The notes under the pieces were generated by a model. It made no database searches, was not told where the DNA came from, and was given only the letters and a program-made list of their open reading frames with translations. The translations under genes were made by a program, and so were the position numbers. A stretch of DNA of 64,000 nucleotides. Source: Nitrospira sp. GTDB taxonomy: Bacteria; Nitrospirota; Nitrospiria; Nitrospirales; Nitrospiraceae. Below, piece by piece: positions 1-9,839 of the stretch (its first letter is position 1; each line of letters begins with the position of its first letter). Location: NCBI GenBank assembly GCA_965223535.1, contig CBDCWN010000002.1, positions 59,721-123,720 of the forward strand, written 5' to 3'.

Positions 1-78
1 TTGCGAGAAATCCTTCGCGGTACCTCTCAGGTTCCCCTCCGCTCCTACCGACTTGTCCTCCATCGCTCTCTTGCGTCC

Positions 79-519
79 TTACTCGCGGCCGGCCGGTCCT
101 CGCCCAGACCGCTTGTTCTCGTTTTCCAGACTTGTGAGAATCGGACATTGCTCGGTCGGCTGTCCAGCACGGCAATTCCGGATCAATCCTTGTAGTGCCC
201 GGGCCAGCGCCTGCAACTCCCGAACTTTCACCTTCACATGCGCCAGCTTTGCCTCTGCTTTCCGTTGAACATCCCCACATCTGGTTTTGGAGCTCACCCG
301 GAGGTTCAAGAGCTCCGCAATCTCATGCAGTGTGAAGCCCAAGGCTTGCGCGTTCTTGATGAACCGAAGGCGTTTGAGCGTCGCCTCATCGTACAGCCGG
401 TACCCTGACAATTTGCGCTCGGTTGGCTCGATAAGCTTCAGACGCTCGTAGTACCGGACTGTCTGAATATTGACCCTGACAGCTTTCGCAAGACGCCCTA
501 TCGTGAAATGTGCACCCAT
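79..519 (-). CDS. MerR-family metal-responsive transcriptional regulator (three-Cys, MerR/CadR/PbrR-like)
   Basis: N-terminal HTH TIGRLAKAVRVNIQTVRYYER. Cys81, Cys116 and Cys125 have the same spacing as MerR C82/C117/C126. Confidence 0.92.
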   Translation of the reverse strand: MGAHFTIGRLAKAVRVNIQTVRYYERLKLIEPTERKLSGYRLYDEATLKRLRFIKNAQALGFTLHEIAELLNLRVSSKTRCGDVQRKAEAKLAHVKVKVRELQALARALQGLIRNCRAGQPTEQCPILTSLENENKRSGRGPAGRE

Positions 520-929
520 AGCATAACCTTGTGCTTAACCTGCGCACTCAACTACGGTGCTGATTCAAACACCTGTGCGGCACACAGGACTACGGTCAGT
601 GGCCCCATGCATCAGAGGACGTTGGGGTATTGGACCGAATTCTTCCTGCGATCCAGCTCATAGCTTTCCTCGAGGGTCATGAGAAGTCGCACGTAAAATT
701 TGTCTCGTAGCATAGACGATCAGCCATCATTGCCCCTCCTTGATTGAAAAACAGTCTCGTCGTCTTAGGCAGACGCCCCTATCTGCCCGATCGCGTCTTC
801 TGGTTCTGGAGCTGAGGCCTTGCACCCGCCGCCAAATCGGCGGTGTGTTTTCAAAGGACAAGACGAGCTTCTATCCAAGGTACGATATCCTCTGCTTCCT
901 CTGCTTCCTCTACTGTCCCACGCCACAAC

Positions 930-961
930 ACGATACACCTTGTACCAAGGTACAGAGTCAA
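930..961 (-). promoter_or_regulatory. MerR-type promoter/operator
   Basis: Minus strand reads TTGACT (961-956), 20-bp spacer, TATCGT (935-930). The spacer holds the perfect dyad TGTACC-NN-GGTACA (941-954), resembling merT/zntA operators. Confidence 0.7.
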
Positions 962-1517
962 GGGCGGCTTAAGTCCTTGACTTTATGCAGATGAAACAGC
1001 AATGGCTATGGGTTAGTACCGCCGTCAACAAGATTTTTGTCACAGAGGTAGCCATCTCATTCCTGAGATAACCTTGCTGTGTCCTGCCCCAGCTTAAGAC
1101 CACATCCTGAACCCGACCGTGAATCGTATTCGGCTGTGATCTCTGCCTTGTTCACACACGAGCGTAGCAGCCTGGTTGAAGGCTCGGTTGTATGACATGT
1201 CGTGGGCCCCATCGAGCGACCGACAGACCACTGCTTGTTGCATCACCTCGCCAATCGTAGGTTCTCGTTCATCTTTTCACGTGACGCGATTCGCTACAGC
1301 TCCCTCGATGCCCGGCTGTCCCAAAATGCCCCACTCGTTGCGTAGAAGGAGATCGAGAGCCTCAACGCTGGTCGTCGCAAGCCATCGGAATCACAATCGT
1401 TAGTCCATGAAGGTCCTCACAGTGGTATGCTGGCATTATTGATGCTTTTGATTTCTGCAGAGGGCTATATCGGCCTTGATTGAGCTGCTGGAGTTCACAT
1501 AGACTGAGCGGGTTGAC

Positions 1518-1895
1518 GTGAGGTCTCCTCTTTCCATGATGACTGTCCCAACTAACATCCGGCTTGTGATTCTAGTCTTTGCCTTCTGCCAGGTGATAGG
1601 GGTTATGTGTGCGGTACCGGATCTGTCGTTGGCGGACGACATGCCGCAGCTGGCTGGAGAGATGAGTCACACATCCTGTCCAATGGACGGAACCACCATG
1701 TGTCCGGCGTCACTGACCTCATCTCCTGAACGTCATATTAAGATCAGTGTGGTCGCAGATGTGTATGCTCCTCTGATACTCGTCAGTGGTGCCACGACTC
1801 CGGTCAGTCCTTCAGCTCGGCCTATTGGGTCTGTGGGCAGTGCCCATTCCATTGTGCCCATCTCCATCGCTTCCTCCTCGGTCCTCCGAATCTGA
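1518..1895 (+). CDS. Hypothetical exported Met/His/Cys-containing protein at the head of the cus operon
   Basis: Hydrophobic N-terminus followed by MSHTSCPMDGTTMCP. Same strand as cusC and 84 bp upstream of it. True start is probably the ATG at 1536 or 1539. Confidence 0.55.
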   Translation: MRSPLSMMTVPTNIRLVILVFAFCQVIGVMCAVPDLSLADDMPQLAGEMSHTSCPMDGTTMCPASLTSSPERHIKISVVADVYAPLILVSGATTPVSPSARPIGSVGSAHSIVPISIASSSVLRI

Positions 1896-1978
1896 TCCCG
1901 CACCTCCGGTTTCGTCGTCCCCTGCTTGGCTGCTGACACGGAGCAGGGAGTGATGTCTTTTACCGACTGAGGTGCGCC

Positions 1979-3337
1979 ATGACACAAACTCGTATTCCTC
2001 CTTCATTCTCGCAAGTGCGGCCTCAGTGGCTGATTGCGCTGACGCTCCTGCTTGTGCCCTGGCCGGTCGGCGCAACCGATGAAGCGGCCGAACCTCACGT
2101 GAATCTTTCCAGCCTCATTCGAGAACTGGATGCCGCCAATCCCGAGATCAAGGCAGCCCGTCAACGATGGGAAGCGGCGAAGGCCGTCGTGCCACAAGTG
2201 CAAACGCTCCCGGATCCGACGGTCAAGCTGGGCTATCAACGGATGCCGATGAGGGAGCCCCTCCAAGGGGCCATGTACGGATTCGGTCAAGAGATTCCCT
2301 TTCCCGGCAAACTCCGCCTCAAAGGGGAAGTCGCTCAACGTGAGGCCGACCGGATTGAACAGGAATATTTGGCCGTACGGCTTCGCCTCATTGCCCGGCT
2401 CAAAGAAGCGTATTTTGATTTGCACTTTATCCATGACGCGATCGAGATCGTCGAACGGAACAAAATCCTCCTGATGCAGTTCGAGAGAACAGCCAAGTCG
2501 CGATATGCCGTCGGCCAGGCTGCGCAGCAAGACGTGTTCCGTGCGCAGGTGGAGATTTCCCGAGTCCTGGATCGTCTCGCGGTGCTTGACCAGCAAAAGG
2601 AGAGCCTGCATGCCGCCATCAACCGACTCTTGAACCAGCCGCCCGCCGGCCCACTCGGAGCCCCGGAAGAAATCCAGATGACGATGTTGACGCTGCCCTT
2701 GCCGGCGCTGAGTCAACGCGCGGACGAGTTCTCGCCGATTCTGCAGGCCTCCGCCAAAGGGGTGGAACGGGGTGAGCAGGCCGTGGCCCTCGCCCGCCGG
2801 GAGTACTATCCAGATTTTGACGTGAGCGCCCTCGGCCTGCACAACGACCGCATCAATGAGCACGGCTTTCAGGTAATGCTCGGCATTCGCCTTCCCCTCT
2901 ATTACACGACCAAACAACGCCAGGCGGTGAGGCAGGCGTTGGCCGAAACCACCGAAGCGCGGGAGAGCCTCACCAACACGCGGCAGGATCTTCTGTTTCG
3001 TGTGAAGGATGATTTCGTCCAGGCCCAACGGGCCGAACGGCTCGTCGCAATTCTGCGCGACGCGATCATCCCGCAAGCCACCCTGGCGCTCCGAGCCTCC
3101 CAGTCCGGTTATGGGGTCGGCAAAGTGGATTTCCTGACGCTGCTGAATAGTTTACTCACCTTGCAGGAGAGCGAACTCGAATTGCATGGTGAAATGGTGG
3201 CGCACGAGAAGGCGCTCGCGAGATTGGAGGAAGTGACCGGTGGCCCATTGACGATCTCCGGTTCCCCTCTGCCCGGCGATGGTGCGCGGATGTCGAACGG
3301 TGCAGAGCGGATCACAGAAGGAGCACGGCACCCATGA
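1979..3337 (+). CDS. cusC: Outer-membrane efflux protein, TolC/CusC family
   Basis: Signal peptide and two OEP-like repeats (NPEIKAAR...LPDP; YYPDFDV...IRLPLY). Stop overlaps the cusB start. Confidence 0.9.
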   Translation: MTQTRIPPSFSQVRPQWLIALTLLLVPWPVGATDEAAEPHVNLSSLIRELDAANPEIKAARQRWEAAKAVVPQVQTLPDPTVKLGYQRMPMREPLQGAMYGFGQEIPFPGKLRLKGEVAQREADRIEQEYLAVRLRLIARLKEAYFDLHFIHDAIEIVERNKILLMQFERTAKSRYAVGQAAQQDVFRAQVEISRVLDRLAVLDQQKESLHAAINRLLNQPPAGPLGAPEEIQMTMLTLPLPALSQRADEFSPILQASAKGVERGEQAVALARREYYPDFDVSALGLHNDRINEHGFQVMLGIRLPLYYTTKQRQAVRQALAETTEARESLTNTRQDLLFRVKDDFVQAQRAERLVAILRDAIIPQATLALRASQSGYGVGKVDFLTLLNSLLTLQESELELHGEMVAHEKALARLEEVTGGPLTISGSPLPGDGARMSNGAERITEGARHP

Positions 3338-4563
3338 CGCGCCCAACGGTTGTCGCCGGCGTGGCGCTCGTGGTGGTGATGGGCTTTGCCGCCGCGTTCT
3401 GGATCGTGACCCGCGAACAGGGGCCACCGTCAACTGAACTGCCGAAGGAATCCAGCACTAGCATGCCTGCCATGGAGCAATCCGTCGAGAGGGCGATGTC
3501 GGCTCCAAAAGGGCATAACGAGCACGCCGCGCAGGACATGCCGGATGCCAACCTGATGACGATCGCTCCGGAACGGCTCCAAACCATCGGCGTGAAATTC
3601 CAAGAAGCGACGCGCCGCCCGCTCGACAAGATCATTCGCACTGTGGGGCGCGTTGAGATCGACGAGCGCTTGGTGGGGCGCGTGAACCTCAAATTTGAAG
3701 GATGGATCGAGGAACTGCGGGTGAGCGCGATTGGTGATCACGTTAAAACAGGGCAGATCTTGTTCACCATCTACAGCCCAGATTTGGTGGCGACCCAAGA
3801 GGAGTACTTGTTGGCGCTCCAGAGTTACCGGGAACTGGGACAGAGCGAATTCCCCGAGGTGGCCAGAGGTGCCAAGGAGCTACTGGACGCCACCCGACGT
3901 CGGCTTCAGTTGTGGGACATTCGGAAAAACCATATTCAGGATTTGGAGCGGACCGGGACGGTCTTGCGGACGCTGCCGATCCATTCGCCCGCCACGGGCA
4001 CCGTGATTCGCATGGAGGCCAGAACCGGAACCTTCGTAACGCCGGGCACGGAGCTCTACTTCATCGCCGATCTATCCCGCATCTGGGTTCAGGCCGACAT
4101 CTACGAGTATGAATTGCCCTCCATCAAGGTGGGACAAGGCGCGAGCGTGACGCTGTCCTACGATCCGAACACGAAGCTGCATGGCCATGTGGCCTTCATC
4201 TATCCAACGCTTGACCCTCAGACACGCACGGTGAAGGTGCGGTTCGAGCTGGACAACCCGGGCGAGATACTCAAGCCTGGGATGTACGCCAACGTAGAGC
4301 TGAAGATCCCGCTTGGCACCAAACTCGTCGTCCCGAGAGATGCCATTCTCGAGTCTGGGGAACGTCAACTGCTCTTCATTCACCATGGAGGCGGACAGCT
4401 GGAATGGCGGAGCGTGAAACTGGGCGCGAAGGCCGGCGACTGGCTGGAAGTGATCGAGGGCCTGAAGGCAGGGGAGCACGTCGTGACGGGGGCCAACTTC
4501 CTGATCGATTCCGAAAGTCAACTGAAGGCCGCGGTCGGCGGCATGGCGGGCATGACACATTGA
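3334..4563 (+). CDS. cusB: Heavy-metal RND membrane fusion protein (CusB family)
   Basis: Motifs FEGWIEEL, IYSPDLVATQEEY and LKPGMYA. Met/His-rich N- and C-termini. Confidence 0.92.
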   Translation: MTRPTVVAGVALVVVMGFAAAFWIVTREQGPPSTELPKESSTSMPAMEQSVERAMSAPKGHNEHAAQDMPDANLMTIAPERLQTIGVKFQEATRRPLDKIIRTVGRVEIDERLVGRVNLKFEGWIEELRVSAIGDHVKTGQILFTIYSPDLVATQEEYLLALQSYRELGQSEFPEVARGAKELLDATRRRLQLWDIRKNHIQDLERTGTVLRTLPIHSPATGTVIRMEARTGTFVTPGTELYFIADLSRIWVQADIYEYELPSIKVGQGASVTLSYDPNTKLHGHVAFIYPTLDPQTRTVKVRFELDNPGEILKPGMYANVELKIPLGTKLVVPRDAILESGERQLLFIHHGGGQLEWRSVKLGAKAGDWLEVIEGLKAGEHVVTGANFLIDSESQLKAAVGGMAGMTH

Positions 4564-4636
4564 GGGGTGAACGTGCTAAGTCCCGGTCCGGACACGGAGA
4601 GCCCGTCGAAACCCATCACGCATCACAGGTTTAACC

Positions 4637-7600
4637 ATGGTTGAACGCATCATCGAATTCAGCGCGCGGAACCGATTCATTGTGTTCCTCCTGATCTTCG
4701 GTCTGGCGGCAGCCGGACTCTGGGCCATGAAGAACACGCCGGTGGATGCGATTCCAGATCTCTCTGACACGCAGGTCATCATCTACACCAAATGGCCGGG
4801 CCGCTCTCCTGATCTCGTCGAAGATCAGATCACCTATCCGATCGTCACGGCCTTGCTGTCCGCGCCAAACGTTACGGTCGTACGCGGCTTCTCCGACTTC
4901 GGTTTCTCGTATGTCTATGTCCTTTTCAAGGATGGGACGGACATCTATTGGGGTAGAAGCCGCGTCCTCGAATATATGAACCAGCTCGCGGGCCGGCTGC
5001 CTGACGGCGTGACGCCGCAGTTGGGACCGGATGCCACGTCGGTGGGCTGGGTGTTCGAATATGCCCTGGTCGATGAAACTGGGCAGCACGATCTGGCCGA
5101 GTTGCGTTCGTTCCAAGATTGGTATCTGCGGTACTGGCTGTTAAGCGTGGACGGCGTGGCCGAGGTGGCCAGCGTGGGCGGCTTCGTGCGCCAATATCAG
5201 ATCAACCTTGATCCAACCAAAGTTCTCGCCTACAAACTCTCGCTTCCGCACATTATCGAGACCATCCGACAGAGCAACGAAGATGTCGGAGGGCGTGTCG
5301 TGGAATTTTCCGGCATCGAATACATGATTCGCGGCCGCGGCTATATCAAGTCGGTCGGCGATATCGAAAAGATCGCGATCGGCGTCAATCAGAACGGAAC
5401 GCCCATTCTCCTGCGGGATGTTGCGACGGTCCGGCTCGGTCCCGACATGCGACGCGGGCTGGTCGAACTGGACGGGAAGGGCGAGGTGGTCGGCGGGATC
5501 ATTATCATGCGGTTCGGGGAGAATGCCCTCGCGGTCATCGACCGGATCAAAGCGAAGCTCACAGAACTGGAGCCCTCGATGCCCAAGGGGGTCAAAGCTG
5601 TCACGACATATGACCGGAGCGACCTCATTCAGGAATCGATTGCCACGGCCACGGAGAATCTCGTCGAAGAACTGGTCGTCGTCAGTGTGTTGATCGTCGG
5701 CTTTCTGCTGCACCTCCGCTCTGCGTTGCTGCCGATTGTGACCTTGCCGCTGGCCGTGCTGATTTCATTCATCCCGATGTATCTCATGGGGATCGGCCTG
5801 AACATCATGTCCATCGGCGGGATCATCGTGGCGATCGGCGACATGGTGGACGCGGCGATCATCATGGTGGACAACGCGCACAAACGGCTGGAGGAGTGGG
5901 ACCTCGGCGGACGACTTGGGGACCGGACACAGGTCCTGATCGATTCGGCGAAGGAGGTCGGCCCCGCGATTTTTGCCTCGCTGCTGGTGATCGCCATTGC
6001 CTTCATGCCGGTCTTTACGCTGGAGGGACAGGAAGGTCGGCTGTTCAAGCCACTCGCCTGGACGAAGAACCTGGCCATCGCTATGAGCGCGCTCCTGGCG
6101 ATTACGTTGATTCCAGCCCTGCTGGCCTTTCTCATTCGGGGCCGGATTATCACTGAACAGCGTCATCCCGTGAGCCGTCTCTTGCAACGCCTCTATGCGC
6201 CGGTCCTGCGCCTGGCGTTACAGTATCGGGTGGCGGTCGTCATGCTGGCGATCGGACTGACGCTCACGATCATTCCCGCGTTCCAGCGCATGGGGACGGA
6301 ATTTATGCCGCCCCTGTACGAAGGCACGATCCTGTACATGCCGACCACGCTCCCCGGCATCTCGGTCACGCAGGCCTCGATGCTGCTCCAGCAGATGGAC
6401 CGCAAACTGAAATCGTTTCCGGAAGTGGAATGGGTGTTCGGCAAGGCCGGCCGGGCCGATACCTCCACCGATCCGGCCCCCTTCAGCATGATCGAAACCG
6501 TCATTGAGCTGAAACCGAAGGAGCAATGGAGGCCTGGGATCACCTATGAGGCTTTGATTGATGAGATGGATCAGGCCCTCCAATTTCCCGGCGTGACCAA
6601 TTCCTGGACGATGCCCATCAAGGCCCGCACCGATATGCTGACGACCGGGATCCGGACGCCAGTGGGCATCAAGATCTTCGGGCCGGACCTCAAGCAGATT
6701 GAGGCGATCGGCAAACACCTCGAAATGTCGTTGAGGGATGTCCCTGGAACGAGGAGCGTCTACGCGGAGCGGGTGTCGGGCGGCTACTTCCTCGATTTCG
6801 AGATCAACCGGGATGAGATCGCCCGTTATGGGCTGACGGTCAGGGACGTCGGCCAGATCATCGAGACGGCGATCGGCGGCGAGAACATCGACACCACGAT
6901 CGAAGGGCGGGAACGCTACCCCATCAACGTGCGGTATCTCCGCGAACTGCGGGATGATCCAGAAAAGCTGCGTCGCGTGCTCGTCGTCACGCCGTCCGGC
7001 GTGCAGGTGCCCATCGCACAGCTGGCCACGCTTCGATTTGTGCAAGGGCCGCCGATGATCCGCGATGAAGATGGGATGTTGGCCGGGTACGTATTCGTTG
7101 ACATGACCGGCCGGGACGTCGGGAGTTATGTGGAGGATCTCAAACAGGTGGCGCGGGACACCATCACCTTGCCGCCCGGCTACACCATCGCCTGGTCCGG
7201 CCAGTACGAGTTCATGCAGCGCGTCAGGGAGCGGCTCACGATCTTCATCCCACTAACGATTGCGATCATTTTCGTCTTGTTCTATTTCACGTTCCGTTCT
7301 GTGGCCAAAACCCTCATGGTCATGCTGGGGGTGCCGCTCTCTCTGGTCGGAGGCCTCTGGTACATGGTCTGGCTCGGCTACAACATGAGCATTGCCGTGT
7401 GGGTGGGGATCATTGCCCTGGCCGGTGTCGCGGCCGAAACCAGCGCGGTGATGCTGGCCTATCTTGATGAAGCCTGTAAGCGCCGCCGGGCGGCTGGCAC
7501 CCTGCGAACGCTGGAGGAGCTCATCGAGACGGTCCACCAGGGTGCCGTCGAGCGCATCCGCCCGATGGCGATGGCCGGGTCGGCCAATATTCTGGGCCTG

Positions 7601-7771
7601 ATTCCGGTCATGTGGGCGACGGGGACGGGGGCGGATGTGATGAAACGGTTGGCCGCGCCGATGGTCGGCGGCGTGCTCTCCGCCATGCTGCTCACGCTGT
7701 TGGTCATTCCCGCGATTTATACGTTCTGGCGGTGGCATTCCGAGGTGAAAACGCGGGGAACCGGTGAATGA
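4637..7771 (+). CDS. cusA: Cu(I)/Ag(I) RND efflux permease CusA
   Basis: 1044 aa with PVDAIPDLSDTQVII and YWGRSRVLEY. Three Met are in positions matching the CusA metal-binding triad (LYMP, FSMIET, RTDMLTTG). Confidence 0.95.
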   Translation: MVERIIEFSARNRFIVFLLIFGLAAAGLWAMKNTPVDAIPDLSDTQVIIYTKWPGRSPDLVEDQITYPIVTALLSAPNVTVVRGFSDFGFSYVYVLFKDGTDIYWGRSRVLEYMNQLAGRLPDGVTPQLGPDATSVGWVFEYALVDETGQHDLAELRSFQDWYLRYWLLSVDGVAEVASVGGFVRQYQINLDPTKVLAYKLSLPHIIETIRQSNEDVGGRVVEFSGIEYMIRGRGYIKSVGDIEKIAIGVNQNGTPILLRDVATVRLGPDMRRGLVELDGKGEVVGGIIIMRFGENALAVIDRIKAKLTELEPSMPKGVKAVTTYDRSDLIQESIATATENLVEELVVVSVLIVGFLLHLRSALLPIVTLPLAVLISFIPMYLMGIGLNIMSIGGIIVAIGDMVDAAIIMVDNAHKRLEEWDLGGRLGDRTQVLIDSAKEVGPAIFASLLVIAIAFMPVFTLEGQEGRLFKPLAWTKNLAIAMSALLAITLIPALLAFLIRGRIITEQRHPVSRLLQRLYAPVLRLALQYRVAVVMLAIGLTLTIIPAFQRMGTEFMPPLYEGTILYMPTTLPGISVTQASMLLQQMDRKLKSFPEVEWVFGKAGRADTSTDPAPFSMIETVIELKPKEQWRPGITYEALIDEMDQALQFPGVTNSWTMPIKARTDMLTTGIRTPVGIKIFGPDLKQIEAIGKHLEMSLRDVPGTRSVYAERVSGGYFLDFEINRDEIARYGLTVRDVGQIIETAIGGENIDTTIEGRERYPINVRYLRELRDDPEKLRRVLVVTPSGVQVPIAQLATLRFVQGPPMIRDEDGMLAGYVFVDMTGRDVGSYVEDLKQVARDTITLPPGYTIAWSGQYEFMQRVRERLTIFIPLTIAIIFVLFYFTFRSVAKTLMVMLGVPLSLVGGLWYMVWLGYNMSIAVWVGIIALAGVAAETSAVMLAYLDEACKRRRAAGTLRTLEELIETVHQGAVERIRPMAMAGSANILGLIPVMWATGTGADVMKRLAAPMVGGVLSAMLLTLLVIPAIYTFWRWHSEVKTRGTGE

Positions 7772-7880
7772 TGCGAACGAGGAGACGAACGGTCTTATGG
7801 CGACACCGTGATCGTGCAGGGTGTGTCACTCGATGAACAGACAAACAGGCCGTACCATGTGCCGCAATTGACGGAGGGAG

Positions 7881-9329
7881 GTGAGAGTGATGCTAGAGCT
7901 CGTCGACGTGGGGGAACGAAGGCTCGACGCCTACCAAGGCGTGGCACCTGATTCGATCTTGGATACTCTCCGAGAGCTGTCTCACGATCTGCGCGGTGTG
8001 CGTGTCCTGCATGTGAATGCGACTCCCTATGGAGGAGGCGTGTCGGAGTTATTGCGCTCCGTCATTCCCTTGCTCAACGACCTCGGACTGGTGGCGGACT
8101 GGAAAATCATCCGGGGCGATGAGGCCTTCTTCCAGGCCACCAAGGCGCTGCACAACGCACTCCAGGGCGCCACGACTGGCCTCACAGGGCCGCAGCGGGA
8201 AACGTATCTCGCCAGCGCCAACGAGAACGCGAAGTTGCTGGAGGAGGACTATGATGTTGTGGTGATCCATGATCCCCAACCCGCCGCCATTCCTTCCCTG
8301 CGCGGGAAGGGAACGGCTCGCTGGATTTGGCGCTGCCACATCGACACCTCGCAACCAAACCCGGACGCGCTCGCCCTACTGCTCCCCTACGTGGCGGACT
8401 ATGACGCCGCGGTCTTCACCATGGCGGAGTTCGTTCCGCCCAGGTTCCCCGTTGAGCGCATCAGAATTATTCCTCCGGCCATCGATGCGTTGAGTCCAAA
8501 GAATCTGCCGTTAGAGGAAGGGCTGGCCAGACAGATCCTCGGGTGGATCGGGATTCACCCCGACGGCCCGCTGATCACCCAGGTGTCCCGCTTCGATCCC
8601 TGGAAGGACCCCCTGGGTGTCATCGCAGCCTACCGGCTGGCCCGCGAAGCCGTGCCGGACCTCCGCCTGGCGCTGGTGGGTTCGATGGCGCTCGATGATC
8701 CGGAGGGCTGGGATGTGTATCGCCGAATCAAAGCAGAAGCCAGCCAAGATCCAGGCATTCACGTCTTCACGAACTTAACAGGCGTGGGCAACATTGAAGT
8801 CAACGCGTTTCAGCGACTGTCGAGCGTGGTCCTTCAAAAGTCGATTCGTGAGGGGTTCGGCCTCGTCGTCTCCGAAGCGCTATGGAAGGGGACTCCGGTC
8901 GTCGCCGGGAAAGCCGGTGGCATTCCCCTGCAGATGGCTGATGGCGTCGGCGGCTTCCTGGTCGATGGTGTGGAAGCCTGTGCGCATGCGGTGATTCGAC
9001 TGCTGACACATCCTCAAGAGGCCAAGCAACTCGGAACAGCCGGTCGTGAACGGGTGCGCGAACACTTCCTGCTCCCGCGCTTGCTCCTTGATGAACTTGC
9101 CCTGATGCTGGATCTGCTCCGCGCACGACCAATCCGCCGATCGCCGGAGCATGCGGAAGTCGATCGCGATCCGGTGTGTGGGATGGCCATTGGGCCTGAA
9201 TCGTCCGTGACAGCCTCCCATGGCGGGCAGCGGTATCTGTTCTGCTCGGAAGGCTGCCGCGTTCGATTTCTCAAGTCGCCGAAACGATTTGTGGGGCACG
9301 AGCGAGGGCCAGGTGGCTTGTGGGGGTAA
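7881..9329 (+). CDS. treT: GT4 trehalose synthase TreT-like protein with C-terminal YHS domain
   Basis: Motifs [38 protein letters not shown] and [16 protein letters not shown]-terminal DPVCGM...YLFCSEGC. Confidence 0.88.
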   Translation: MRVMLELVDVGERRLDAYQGVAPDSILDTLRELSHDLRGVRVLHVNATPYGGGVSELLRSVIPLLNDLGLVADWKIIRGDEAFFQATKALHNALQGATTGLTGPQRETYLASANENAKLLEEDYDVVVIHDPQPAAIPSLRGKGTARWIWRCHIDTSQPNPDALALLLPYVADYDAAVFTMAEFVPPRFPVERIRIIPPAIDALSPKNLPLEEGLARQILGWIGIHPDGPLITQVSRFDPWKDPLGVIAAYRLAREAVPDLRLALVGSMALDDPEGWDVYRRIKAEASQDPGIHVFTNLTGVGNIEVNAFQRLSSVVLQKSIREGFGLVVSEALWKGTPVVAGKAGGIPLQMADGVGGFLVDGVEACAHAVIRLLTHPQEAKQLGTAGRERVREHFLLPRLLLDELALMLDLLRARPIRRSPEHAEVDRDPVCGMAIGPESSVTASHGGQRYLFCSEGCRVRFLKSPKRFVGHERGPGGLWG

Positions 9330-9483
9330 GCCAAGATGAGGGAATCGTCTGCGGTGTTGGGCACAGGTAGACCCAGGCGTCAGCTTTACCAGTGTTGGAG
9401 TGGTCGCCCAATGTGTTTTCGAAAGGCCACGGTCAGAGCCACCGGTGTCCACTTTGAAATGTCTTGAAGGGGGATTATTGACC

Positions 9484-9839
9484 GTGCACTCGCAAACAGA
9501 ACCGAACAACGTCAACACTTCGGTCCACACCGATGTGACACGCATGCTCACCGAGAACCGATGGGCTTTCATTCGCTTTCTGAGCGGTCGTCTGGGGAGC
9601 CCAGATATTGCTGAGGAGGTTTTGCAAGAGTTTTACGTGCGAGCCCTCAGCAAATCGTCTGCGATCAAGAAGCGAGAGAGTATCCCGCAATGGCTGCATC
9701 GCGTCCTCAGGAGCACGCTGGCAGACTTCTATCGTGCCAAGGCGGCGAGACGGAACGTCGAGAAAGAATATTCGCACGTACAACCTGGCGTTGTGTTGGA
9801 CCACGTCGGTAAGGATCCGGAGGCCATGTGCGCCTGTTT
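9484..9839 (+). pseudogene. CorE-like (CxC-motif) ECF sigma factor truncated by a Tn3-family element
   Basis: Sigma region 2 (RFLSGRLGSPDIAEEVLQE...WLHRVLRSTLADFYR) then MCACL, cut by the IR at 9840. Region 4 is absent. The start codon is uncertain. Confidence 0.75.

Noticed and set aside
677-730. 17-codon ORF MMADRLCYETNFTCDFS with a strong SD downstream of the MerR-type promoter
   Set aside because: Too short and without a recognisable motif to call a gene; mentioned only as context.
888-914. Tandem 9-mer TCCTCTGCT x3 (last copy imperfect)
   Set aside because: Short simple repeat with no spacers; not CRISPR or an iteron array.
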